DNA from: Girardia tigrina
Lineage: Eukaryota
Direction: 5' to 3'
DNA length: 64,000 nt
Assembly (NCBI GenBank): GCA_001938485.1
Contig: MQRK01208173.1
Coordinates: forward strand, 4,719-68,718
A program made the translations under genes and the position numbers. The notes under the pieces were generated by a model, which was not told the origin of the DNA, did not search any database, and saw nothing but the letters and a program-made list of their open reading frames with translations. Of the stretch, positions 39,201 to 52,293 are shown one piece after another. The stretch's first letter is position 1, and each line of letters opens with the position of its first letter.

Positions 39201-40639
39201 AATTGGCCAAACTTCGTCCCTCATCATAATGTATCACCGTTCTGTATTCATAGTATCGCAAAGGATAAATTGACACACAATTCTATCTTAAGGCATTCCA
39301 CGCCATACCCTTACTTAAGATCAATTTTGGCTGACAAATAGAATAAAAGCCTTAAATTGATTTAAAAATTATAGTTCGGCAAATTGAATTATACTATTAT
39401 CAGTTTGAAATTGAAGTATTTTTAAGAAATTGTTAAGCTTCATCTAAACCTCGAGCCTTTTGCTATGTAAAATTATCAGACATTCAATTAATCTGAGATT
39501 CACGTTGTTTTGATGGTTAAATGTAAGTTTGGGGTTATTGTCCATCAGTATTCTGGAGCTATTATTTAGGCATTGAGAAATTCGAAAGGTTTCTTTAAAG
39601 ATCTTTGAGAACATATTATTTATTTGCCTTTATGGATAAAAAGTTTTTCATCAAACACGATTTATATGACTTTTTTATAAATATTTAAACATAATTTTTG
39701 AAATAATTTGAATAAAATATTGAAAATATAAACAAACTAAATCAAAGTATTTTATCAACCAACGAAAATTCAAAAGAAACTGGACAAAAGTTATCCTGAC
39801 GATAATGGACAAATATCAGTTGAATATCTAATTTACCGACACCGCAAAACGTATACTACGCGGATTACGTCGACCTTTTGAACCCATTTCGAGAAGGACA
39901 AAATGAATCTTAAAGTTTCCTTTTTAAAGTTTAACCAAGCAATTAAAATACGTAATCTTCAAACAATCTCAGACAATACAAAAGAAGAAAAAGGAAAAGT
40001 TAGACTGTTATCTTAAAAAATTGAAAGTACCTAGAAAAGTAAAAACTTTTGCCTATGGTAACTAGTATTAAGCTCTAATTTATCAATCATTTAATAATAC
40101 AAAAAATAATGAAAATCGAAATTTACGATAAAATAATAGTTTTTATATATTAAAGGATTAAATAAATTTTAGAATATTATTAAAATAATTTATTTTTGTA
40201 AATACCCAATGAATGGACAATGGTTTAAGCTGTCTAGACTCTGATCCTGGGTCATCTTCAAAGAAGAGTTTCATTTTACTCAATATTTTTACTCAAATTT
40301 GGAACTTCTCCATTGCTTATTCAATTTGTAATCTTAATTGAGCTTCAAAGTATTTTGAAATACGATATTTCGAATATTTAAGAACAAAATTCTGCTAAAA
40401 TAAGAATGTGATAAGTTCATATGTTGATCAAGATGGAAATTAAAAATAAAATTTAGAATTGGAATGTTTCATTCCGATTTCAATAAATTATGTATTTATA
40501 TTTACATAAAAAAATTAATTACTATTAAAAATTAAAAAGGAAAGAAAAAACTCTAAAATTATTTTAGTTAATGTGAAATGAAAATTATGTTATTTGTTAA
40601 AAAAGAGAAAAAAAACTTTATGAAAAAAAGATTGATAAC

Positions 40640-40800
40640 TAGGGCACGGAATTATATGACCTTAAAAATCAAAGAAGTGACTCTATTTTTTCCTCTTTCA
40701 GGGTGAGATATTATTTTGTTCTTCCCATCTGCCAATAGAGTCGCCACCGTCACCAATCCGCCGCAATCACACCACTGCACCACCCACTCTGTTATCAATG

Positions 40801-40842
<42 letters not shown>

Positions 40843-41005
40843 AATCATTGATAACAGAGTTGGTGGCACAGTGGTGTGACTGCGGCGAATTGGTGACGGT
40901 GGCGACTCTTGACAGAGGGGAAGAACAAAATAATATCTCGCCCTGAAAGAGGAAAAAAATAGAGTCATTTCTTTGATTTTTAAGGTCATATAATTCCGTG
41001 CCCTA
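40640..41005. mobile_element. hAT-type foldback MITE with (ATT)n loop
   Basis: TAGGGCACGG...CCGTGCCCTA termini, ~165-bp inverted arms and a perfect 8-bp TSD TTGATAAC (40632-40639 and 41006-41013). Confidence 0.93.
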
Positions 41006-41493
41006 TTGATAACAAATGAAAACAAAGATATTGATTTTGTCTTAATTAATTATTACAATTATTATATGAAGCAATTGATTTTTTTTCATTGCTAGAAATG
41101 CGTCATAAAGAGTCGAAAAATGAATCTTCTTTTGGCAATAATAAAACGTTTTATAAATCTTCGAAACAAGAAAAATCCAATAAAAGATTGGAAAATTTAG
41201 ATCTCAATCAGAACAATTATGAAACAAATTCCAATTCGAAATTTAAGATCATGAATAAATTCATTCACAAAACATTTCTTTCGAAAAGCAACCACGGTGA
41301 CCACTACGAACTGGTGGACACGCTCACGCAGCACGGATCTTTGCGTCAATACTGTATCAAAGGTAACGAAATAATACTACGGATTAGTCGTTATGGATTA
41401 AATATGAATACAGGCTCGGAACTGTTGAATATTTTTATAAAAGATGTAGAACGATGACATTTTCAGTTGGGCGTGAAAAAGCGTTAGGAAGAG

Positions 41494-41665
41494 AAAAATA
41501 AAATGAAAGTGATGTTTAATGCGTCAAAAAATGATGCATATTTGGTGGGATTCGGCAAGAATATTGTGAGTGGCAGTACGGCGGGCGCTGTCTCTACCTT
41601 TCGTTTACTCCCTGGACAACGCACGTACTCGATTTGCTAACGACACCAAAAGCAACAAATGGGGG
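41494..41665 (+). pseudogene. ADP/ATP carrier (adenine nucleotide translocase) gene fragment
   Basis: KNKMKVMFNASKNDAYLVGFGKNIVSGSTAGAVS (frameshift) FVYSLDNARTRFANDTKS. Compare the AAC motif SGGxAGAxSLxFVYSLDYARTRLAND. Confidence 0.85.
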
Positions 41666-44520
41666 CCGCATCCTCCTGGGCCCGGATGCTGGTAGTCAAC
41701 CCCTCCAGAAAAAGTAATTTTAAAGAGTTTACATATGTTTTATATGACTCAAATAGATAATTAATATTTATTATTACAATCAGTATTATTATTTGTATAT
41801 ATCAGTGTAAAGGCAATTCTTTTATAGCTGCTGCGAAGTTATTCCAAACATTTACTTCATTGGCTCACCTTAGGGACTATTTATATATAAAGTGGTTACA
41901 ACACAATCTAAGGAGATTCCTAAATAAAAGATATAGAAATATAACAGTCATTTTATTAAACAGGTATCAAATGATAAGTCTTAAATTACGTTATTGTGAA
42001 CTTTGAGATTGTTTTTCAGCAAATATGGGATTAATACAAAGACCAATTCTTGAAAGACAACTATAAAGTTCCTGGACGATTATTTGGGGCATCTAGCTTT
42101 TCCTAGACATCATTTCAGTAAGTACTGAATAAAATTGCAGAGAAAAGAGCTTCCTAGTGTTAACAGATATTAGAGAGCCATGTTACTGAGTTTAGGAAAT
42201 GTTTTACTCAGTGAATAATCATTTAAAAACCAAATCGTTTCTTAAATCAATTAAATCCTCTTTCTCTTTTTCTTAAAGACTTTGAATTTTACTACTCATT
42301 ACATTTCTGAACTGTCCCAATTAGTAAAATACTTCACAAAAGATGCTGATTAACAATTCAAAGTTTCTTTAATTTCTTGCTTGAAAAGGAATTTAAGGAT
42401 GTTTGGTTTTAGTAAAACTCTGAAAAAATATTCCAAAGACAAAGGAGCGTTCTTTAGATGTATGTTGAAAGTACAGTGGTATGTTCGCCGAATAGGGTAT
42501 CAATGTGCCAAAACACACGTTGAACACGAGTCACATTTACCACTCAGTGTAACGTGTGTATTTGTTTTGTTATGCCGAGAGACGCTACAACGCGGGTCAG
42601 TTAGCAATATTATTGAATAAACGTTTTGTATATGTCTGTAAATATATTTTGAAATGGATGAATTTTGTTTTTATTAAAAAAATTTTTGTTTTTATTAAAA
42701 AAATTTATTACCTTATTAAATTTATATTTTTTATTGGTAAAAAGATTTTTATTGGTAAATATTTATAATATTGTATTTATTAATACTTTAAAGATGAATG
42801 AAGATTAAAAATTGACTAAACCATACAGAAATTTTACATTGCAGATAGAAACTTAAGTAAAACCAAATTCTTCTTCAAAGATGACCCTTGGTCAGAGTCT
42901 AGACGACTTTGACTATTGATCATCCATTACGTTCACTAGAGTATTTTATTAATTTTTGTAAATATTTTGAGAAAAATAGAAGAAAATATGAAAATGCACT
43001 TCCAAATAATAATTATTTCCACAAAGAATAGTTTAAAAGAAATGAAAGACAAAGATTCGTTTGGAGAAGAGAATATAATATCCATTAAAGAAAATAAGAT
43101 TTTTATTGCCAAAAAATTATTAATCAATTCTGAAAATTGTTTTAACCGAAATTAATTGCCACAGTTTGAGGGAAGAACTTTATTTTAGATGCATTTAAAT
43201 CAAGAAAATTGAGACATTAATTAGAATAATTTAATAATGACAAAGTTTGATTATTTTACACTCATTTCGCTTTAATTATATAAACTTTTGATGTGAGATA
43301 GAATTGATAAAAAGCAACTATTTAGGGGGGACATTTTTATTTTTTATATTTTAAACATTTTAATATTTTCATTCGTAGAGATTCAGATGTTAACAAGAAG
43401 TAACTGGTTTTAAAAGAATGAACATCTTAATCAAACATCACATTTTATATCCTTTATTTTTATTATATTTCATATTATAATGCAATATTTTTATATAGTA
43501 TTCTTATCAAAGCAACTTTGCCAATATAATTACTTTGATATGACTCAAAGTAATTAACTCAAAAACTTTGATCCTCATTTGCCTTAATTTTGTAGCAACA
43601 AATGAAAAAGTCTAAAATTTGTTTTTTAAAAAATAAGAAAAAAATAATAATAAAATTAACAGAGTACATAAATAATTTATTAATATTTAAAAACAAAAAT
43701 ATTAAAAAAAAGTTTTTTCTTAGTAAACACAAAATTTTAAAAAAATAAATAAATATATTCAAAAATAAAAATAATTTCTTTTCTTAAAAAAATAATGATA
43801 ATTCAAACAAATAATTTCCATTAATTAAAACAAGGGCGTTTTCTGTTGAGTTTTTTTTCGTTTCTTTTTTTTACAAATTTTGTTGGAGAATTTAAAAATT
43901 GTAAAATATTTTTAATTCGAAACTAATTAAAAAGTTTGTTACAATTATATTTCAAATGTAAATTTTATATTATTTATATTTCTAATAGAAATAATTGTTT
44001 CATTTTGTAAAAGTTTAATTTAATACTAATTAAAATCACAAAAGATTATTTAAACATTGACGAAAGATTTATCACATTTCTTATGGCAGAAAAAAATTAA
44101 TTTTTGCTGTAAAATCTTTTACTGTGATTTTTTTAATATTTTTCTAAAAATACTTTTAATTAAATAAAAAATAGAAATTATTTTTTTTAATAAAATTATA
44201 TTTTCCAAAAATTATTTCTAATAAATTCAGATAAATATTCAAAATTTCTTTTTGAAAATTTTCTTTTTATTTAGTTAAATAAAATATTTATTATGATTAT
44301 TTTGGATTTAATTTATCTTTCTTTTTTGAATAATTTAAATTAATTATTCGTTTTAATATAATTCATTATTCCTAAAAAAACATAAATATTAATTCTAAAT
44401 TAATTTAAATAATTTTTAAATGAATCAATTACAAATTCTAGTATAAATAATTAAATAAATAGAATCACTTGAATAATTACATTTGTGTTAGTATTATTAT
44501 TAATTTATAATTAAACATAG

Positions 44521-45172
44521 TGTGACCCAAAAATTCTAAAACTTTAACAACTCTAAGAATGCATAAGTTATTTAAGTATTATGCCAACAAAACCGCTCAC
44601 TCAATTATCATACTTCTACTGGTAGACATTTTCGGTTATCAGTGTCTATAAAGAGTATATATTATAAATAGGTTGAGACTGTTGTCGTACACGCTGACGC
44701 GTGCTGCTACTTTAGCAACGTTATGTCTACGTACTTGATGAGTAAAAGGGTTTTAGAAGAGATTTGTTGGCATCTTTTCATACATTTCATTATTTAATTT
44801 GTAACGCGAGTATTACTGTTTTTTGGATTAGTTATTCTTACTAAATATACGTGTTATATTATAGAATGTATGACATTTGACTGTTTATATTTGGTTCTAA
44901 AGGCAAGTGAAGTTCTGGCCGTCGGATCGAGTTGTTGTGACCAGCATCTCTTGATCTTGTGGGTTGTCGTCGGTCGGAGATGTTGTTTGAGTACTCAAAG
45001 AACGCACAACTTTCGGTTCGACCAGGTGACAACCGGTTGGATCTGATTCAGGAAATTGCTCTCGTAACAGCCGGTAAGAGTTCTCCGTTCCCTCAAGTAG
45101 CGCGGTAAAAAGTTTGATCGCTTCGTTCGCAAGTTGTCAGTCGTGTGAAAAGGCGATGGTGCACCAATTAAC
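44521..45172. mobile_element. Possible LTR fragment
   Basis: TGTGAC start, TATA-like elements and a GC-richer 3' part ending ...AACA. No partner LTR or TSD confirmed. Confidence 0.25.
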
Positions 45173-45529
45173 ATTTATTTATGAAAAATTACATCAACAT
45201 CGATTCTTAATTTTCAAAATTCGCTATTTGTTTTTGATTTAGTATTTTTGGTCATAGTCACTCCGAATCACCACAGCAAGAATAAGTAATCTGGGAGAAA
45301 AAAACCTTGTACAGATGCAGCTAGTGTAACAAAAGATTCTTTGTAATTGATTTTTTTTCAAAATACAATGCAAAATTATTAACCCATGTATTATAAAAAA
45401 TATAAAACATAATATAACTTTTAGAAATAAATTATAAGTGGGTTTGTGTTTTATACATTTTTGAGAAATTATCTACACAAAAGGGTTCATTGACATTGAT
45501 AGAAATATTATAGTATCAAAAACAATTGA

Positions 45530-45750
45530 TTTTATTCCATTCTTTTTATTAGCTCACTTTGTATATATATAATCCATGGAATTTAGAAACCTATTTTTGA
45601 GGGCCTTTTACCCAATCTATTTTCTGCAATCTTTGCAAACTTACTCATTCTCGATGACAATAAATGATTATGTGAAAATTTGATCGAAAAAAACTTTTTA
45701 ATATCCTAAAATGGGAAAAAACGGAAAATTCGGAGTTCCCGAAAAATATT
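45530..45750 (+). repeat. Dispersed repeat (Helentron/DINE-like), inverted copy at 55453-55670
   Basis: tccatggaatttagaaacc...tttgatcgaaaaaac...acggaaaattcggag is present in reverse complement at 55.5 kb. Family assignment is tentative. Confidence 0.7.
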
Positions 45751-46815
45751 AATTGCAATATATCTATTTATAAATTATAAGTAGTTTACATTGATTTTTA
45801 TTGTTTTTTTAATAAAAATTTGTTAAACCTTAGTTTTTTTAAACTTTGTTGCCTTTTAAAAACTTTGTCGGCAAAGTACACTTTTATCTGCATAAAGAAT
45901 GATATAAAAATTTTAATTTTTTGATTTACTAGTTTTTATGAACTAATTCTCAAAGTTATAATTTCCATGTATAATTTGATTAAGATTAAAACGTTTCGAG
46001 ATAAAAATACTATCAGCAGGTCAATCCGCACTATGTATTAAACTGACACACGTTACAGAAATATTCAATAATTATAAAAACATTTTACCAATAAATCATT
46101 GGATTAAAATAAATTTATTTAATATTTGTTAAAAATTAAGTAAAAATACACATAACGCAATCAATTCCATTCTCGCAATGTAAGAATACGAACTAGAATA
46201 AGCAGATTATAACTCCAGACGGACGGACAAAATAAAATTTGTTAATTATAAATAAATTATTTATTAACCACTTTTAATTAATAAAAAAATGGTTAAATAA
46301 TAAAATTAATTAAACTTTTGCAAACGAATTAATCAATTTTTTACTTTCTAAATTTTCAAAAAAAAATCAATAACATTTTTTTTGCAAAAAAATTTTAATT
46401 TAATTTATTTTTTAAATTTAATTTTATTAAAACGAAATTATTTAAAATGAGAATTTTTTCCGTAAAAAATAATTACAAAAAATAATTTTTTATTTTCCTA
46501 AAATATTTTTGTTAAGCATAAAAAAGAAGAAAAAAACAGGGATTAATTTGTTAATTATTTTTAAAATGATCACGAATATTTGTGGTTTCCTTTCAATTAA
46601 TGGACATACAGTATCTTCATATTTAGGCTTCCTTGAAATTCAGAGCCACCGAATCTGTAGACAAATATATTCGAGAAATCTAATTAAAATTAGAATCAAA
46701 TTTAATTAATTTTGTCTGTCAATGATTACTTTTATATTTTATTAATAATTTTAGAAAATTTGAATTAAATATGACATTATTGAAAAAAAATGACAAAAAA
46801 TTAAAAAAAACAAAC

Positions 46816-49254
46816 TTCTGCTTGCATACTGTTGTTGCCTTGTCTATCCGACGCTACCAATGTTACCTGAAGGCTTCGTAAGAGTTTCGGGGCTTGATTT
46901 ATACATATTATTGTTTGCGAGTCGTCGGACAGACTGAGTAATCCATTGTAATCATGCTTCAATTTTACGGTACAGCAAGGGTTGACGCCACCATTGTCAT
47001 CCGCGTCTTCAATGATAAAGGGTATTTGCTCACAAACGGGACCTTGTTGTAACATTTCTATTGAAATTATTAAACGAGATTTAGCAGGATCTATTAAACG
47101 AAACGTTGGTGGGCTGTCATTGAGATCACGGACGGTTATTACGACCATTGCTTCTTGAATTACATCGTTAATTATACGACTTGGGTTTTTAACTTCTACT
47201 ACAAAAGTTATGGTGGGTATCTTTTCTCTATCTATCGGATGGCGGGTTCTTATGTACCCTGACAAGGGGTCGACAGTAATAAGTTTACTAGGCCGATTTT
47301 GGGAATCGGCTTTGATATAAAATTTAATATCTTTATTCTCCGGTAAAAAATCTTTGTCTGTCGCATTAATTTGTCCAATTACATATCCAATTTCAATGTT
47401 TTCGTACACGGAAAACGAGAAATGATTTTGAGAAAATTGTGGAGCATTGTCATTTTGATCTTTTATCCGAATGATTATTGTCGCGGAACTACTCAACCTT
47501 TGCGGACTTCCTTGATCAGTGGCCACCACCAGAAAGTTATACACTGATTGTTTTTCAAAATCAAATGATTGAGAATTGAAAAGTTTTCCGGATTGAGATT
47601 CTATCCGGAAGTAAGTGATGTGAGATTTATTTTGAAAGTCTACGAGATGGTAGGACACCTTTCCGTTGAGATGCATATCTTTGTCTGTAGCATGAATGGC
47701 GGTTAACATCGTTACTTCGATATTGTTAATATTTTCTTCAATTTGCCCATAGTACATGGTTTGGGAAAAGATTGGTGCATTATCATTGATATCATTGATC
47801 ATTATATAAACACTAGCATTTGTATTTAGAGGTATTTCGTTGTCATTATCTTCACATTGGATAAACACTGTTACTTTAGAGTCGATTAAGAAGGGTTCAT
47901 TTGCTTCTCGGTCAATATTTTGAGTTGTCTTTAAAGAAAATTGTTTATACAAATTTGCTGGATGACGAAGTCGTGATTCTTCAATCATCAGCATGTTTTT
48001 TGGATACGTTAACGAGCACTGTAGTTGATTCGTTGGAGAATCAGCGTCCATGACTTGTATGTTTGCCAGCACCTTCCCACTCGATGTTCCTTCATCGACA
48101 GAAAATCCTCCAGTTATTTGAAGACCATTTCTGACGAATTTAATCTCCGGGCTCATATCATTGACGTTCAGTATTTGGATTCTTACCGTCGCCGTTGACG
48201 TGAGAGATGTCTGTCCCCCATCATGGGCTAGGATTTTGAATTCAAAGGAATGGTAAAGTTGCTCGTAATCTAATGTGTTAATTGATCGAATTTGTGCTTG
48301 AACCTTGCCAATGGAATGATCAATTATGTCAAGAGTGAAAATTTTATTAATCCAATCTTGGCCGGAAGTAAATAACTTAAGATCGATTCTTCCGTTATCA
48401 TCCTCGTCCTCATCCGTCACCAAAATATTAAAAATAGGATCCACAACAACATTTTCTCTAATAGTAGTAATATAAATTGGTCTTTCGAATTTCGGAGCAT
48501 TATCATTAATATCTTTGACTTTTATTGTGATTTCTGTCATTCCGGTGTTCCTGTTTCCTTCAATTCCGTCCACTGCAATCAGAGTAAAACTATAGAGAGA
48601 TGTCTTTTCCCTGTCTAAAATCGAAGAAACTATTAAATGAGGAGTTCCATCTTTATATGTTTGAACAAGTTCAAAATCACTCGAATTTCCCAATCTAAAC
48701 GGGGTTTGTAACTTATAAAAAGCAACACTGTAAGTGGCATTATCAAGGTCTTGAGCTTTAGGAAGAGGGATTCGAAAACCCAAAGGTTTGTTTTCCTCAA
48801 CAACGTAGTAGGGAGAATGAATTACCGGGAAAATGGGATAATTATCATTTTCATCATCAACGAACACTCGAAGGAAGTTGGATTGGGTTTCTTCGTTATT
48901 GTGGGATATCTGAAACTCCAGAATCTGGCAACATGTATGAATGGATCCACAGACCTTATTCATCTGGATCATGACTTGAGGAGAGCACAGCTCCTCTCGA
49001 TCAATGTGTTTCGACACCTTCAGGTTCGAATCCGAGTCCAAGATGAATAAACCGTTATTGATGACAGTGTTCATAAATATTTTATAATCTTTTGATCTAT
49101 TTGCATCAATTTTATTTTTCGAGATCAACAAATTTTTCAGATTGAAAACCGTTTTGTAAATCATTGAGTTTTCGGCGATGTGAAATTCGTGAATAAATTG
49201 TCCGTTTGTGAGAGCAATTACGACAAAAAGAAAATTAATATGTAAAAGAGACAT
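46816..49254 (-). CDS. Protocadherin (7-EC, delta1-like architecture), exon 1: signal peptide, EC1-EC6 and most of EC7
   Basis: 817-aa ORF with a hydrophobic signal peptide and the protocadherin EC1 motif DREELC...C. Repeated cadherin motifs: DRE/LDYE/FDFE, AxDxD, and DxNDNxP linkers (DENDNYP, DINDNAP, NVNDMSP, DINDNAP, DQNDNAP, DLNDSPP). A phase-0 donor GAA|GTTTGT at 46815 lies just before the ORF stop. Confidence 0.95.
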
Positions 49255-49369
49255 TTTTAATGGTTAAATAAAACTCGTTAAAAGGAAATTTTCCAAAATA
49301 AATAAATAAATAAATAATATTAAAATTAATAAATAAAGAATTTGGAAAATGATTATCCATTTGAAAAAA

Positions 49370-49424
49370 ATTGGTTATCTTTTTACATCTTCAAATTAAT
49401 TTCATTGGACGAAAATCAACCAAT
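49370..49424 (-). promoter_or_regulatory. CCAAT-box cluster upstream of the protocadherin ATG
   Basis: ATTGG at 49370 and 49404 and CCAAT at 49420, 115-170 bp upstream of the start codon in otherwise GC-poor DNA. Confidence 0.3.
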
Positions 49425-50089
49425 CGAATTAATTATTAATCTATTTTTAATTTTTCATTAATAATAATTAATATTGTTACGTAATTTATATTAATTTATT
49501 TTTATTAAAATATTTTAATTACAATTTTTTAAAAAAAATATTTATTAATATTCAGGAATTTTTTAAATTAATTTTAATTTTTAATTAATTAATTAATTTT
49601 AATTTAATTTTTTTTATTAATTTTTTTATAATATAATTTTATAAAATTGATTTTATAATTTATATCAGTGTAAATAATTCCAATATTAAAAATTTGTTGT
49701 ACAAATATAACTTAAACTATTATTCGTTTTGTTAGTTTTGTTTGTTTGTTTAATGAATTTATTTAGTTAAACTTATTTATTTTAGGAATTCTGAAAAAAA
49801 TGAGTCTTAAATCACGAATAATTATATTTTCAAAATTATTTTTGTAATAACGTAGAAATATGTGAATATACAAAGGAAGCTCAAATGACCGATAAAAGAT
49901 GAGAATACGTAATTTATTTTTAAAAAAATCGTCTTATGTAAGAGGATTTCACTAGATTACGACTCAAGGTGAAAGGATATCTTCACGACTCACCTTTTAC
50001 TTTTACGAATTAGGAAAGGCGACAATTTTGAGAAGTTTTTGATAATGCGAGACATTCTTTAATTTTTTGGCAATCACGAAATCCAAATA

Positions 50090-50680
50090 GAAGATTAATG
50101 TTTACTATTTGTTGGAAAAGATTTCAAAGATAAGTATGAGGTGGATAAGGCAATAAGGGGTTACAAGGATTGATTACGATAATCATTCGGTCGAACATAC
50201 TACGTTTTAGAACACCTGACAAAGGCCTGTACAAGAAGAACGGTACATTGATAGTCCTTTTTGAGATAAAAGAAAAACTCACAAGACATGTCAAAAGAGA
50301 ACATATTGTTAAGACGACATGGATATAAAAAATAAAGTGCGCTAAACAAGTAGAAGAAATATAGGAGATAAAGGAGACTATTAAGGCAGTACATAAAGTA
50401 AAATGTGGAACAAAAGACGTGAATTTGGTATAACACAATGGAGAACAAAACCGATCCCTGAGATATCGAGATGCAGGAAAAAACTGAGGTTGGGTTCGTA
50501 GAACAAATAATCCCGGATATGTTCAAGGCATGAAAACGATTAATTGTGTATTGGGTACCGAAGCAGATACTCGAGAGGGATAAATTAGGGCAATATCTCA
50601 AATCAGATTATTTTAGGGGGTTTGAATAGCGAAAGGAGCTTAATAGGGATATCAGAAGAAATCAATAGACGGTGTTTACT
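50090..50680 (+). mobile_element. Highly decayed LINE fragment
   Basis: Purine-rich coding-like bias with endonuclease/RT-like remnants (e.g. GFVEQI). No clean ORF. Confidence 0.3.
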
Positions 50681-52293
50681 TCCTCCTTTAATGATATACC
50701 TTATGAACAAGAATTCCATCAATCCCGTTTTAATTAAACATTTATTTATTTTTTTGGATTTTTAATTATTCATTTTAGTGGTTTTTTAAAATATCTTTGT
50801 AACAACTCAAAATGACTCCGAACAACAAGGGTTGAGAAAAATTTGATGGATCTGATTTTAAATTAGAGCAATTTCTGATAAGGTTAAACAGGTATTCGAA
50901 GAATATTGGTTTATCAGAAGAGCCGAAAAATCTAATGGTGACACCGTACGTTTATACAAATGCAATTTCGAAATTCACGGAAGCACCATAAAGTCTCATC
51001 ATTCAAAGAAAAAACTATTTTAGTTTTGATGAAAGATCTTACATTAAAACTTCATGTTTAAATGTATTTTAAATGTAAAACAATAATTTTAAATTTTTAA
51101 ACGAAAACTAAATTAATATTTTAAAATAATTAATTTTGTTTAAATTTTAAACCATGAAATTTATGTGAAAAATTGTTTCCGAAAATTGGATAAAAACTAT
51201 TAATATATTCTTTTTGATGTCAACGACTGAATGCTCAAATAGGGATTGTCCCAAGTATGATCAAAATTGAGTGCATTATAGCAGTCATAGTCATTGTGTG
51301 AGTTCTTATTATAACCTTTTGTAATTATTATACTTTTATGTCAATGTTTTAAGTTAATATACGTTAGTTTTTTTGTGATTCTTACTTTTTTTATTTATTA
51401 CTTTTTTTTATTTTTATTTTTTGAAAATATTTGAATTATGGGTTGTTTGGAAAGTCATTTCGTCTTTTTTAATACTTTTTTTAAATGTATTTTTTATATT
51501 AATAATCATTAATAATCATTGACTATATTATTTATTTTAGCAGTTGGTAATCATGGTGAGATTTGGAAAATTTTGGAATAATTAAAAACATTTATATTTG
51601 ATTTTTGACCTATCAAAGATGGAAAGCAAGAATCAGCATTTACGGCATGTATTACTTTTTTACTTCCAAAAAGGTAAAAACGCTGTACAAGCAAGAAGAA
51701 AATTGTGCGAAGTGTGTAGAGAAGATATGTTGGCAGAACGTTAATGCCAAAACTGGTTTAAAAAATTTAGATTCGGAAATTTTGATGTTGAGGATTCTTC
51801 ACTTTCCGGAAGGCCCATTGAGGCCGATGAAGACATAATAAAGGCATTAATTGATTCAAACCGGTGAATAAAAACTCGCGAATTTGCCCAGACATTACAT
51901 TTATCTAATTCGACCGTCCATGATCATTTGAAGCGCCTATGTTTTACATCAAAACTCGACACATGGATTCCTCATAATCTTACCGAACGAAATTTATGCT
52001 GTCGTTTAGACATCTGCGATATTCTTCTCAAAGGTCAAGAAAATGATCCATTTTTGAAGCGCATCGTCACTGTAAATGAGAAATGGGTAGTCTACAATAA
52101 TGTAAAACACAAGAGATCTTGGAGTAAAAAAGATCAACCTGCTCAAAGCACTTCGAAGGCTGACATTCATAAAAAAATGATGCTATCTGTTTGGTGCGAT
52201 TTCAAAGGACTTGTATTTTATGAGCATCTTCCGGACAAAACTACGATCAAGTCGGAGGTCTACTGTCATCAGCTGGACAAATTAAATGAATCC

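Noticed and set aside
41089-41457. 122-aa ORF as a nested gene
   Set aside because: Non-ATG start, low-complexity K/N/S-rich sequence and no recognisable domain. Kept only as an unexplained patch.
48751-49050. 99-aa plus-strand ORF
   Set aside because: Antisense shadow of protocadherin exon 1, with no recognisable motif.
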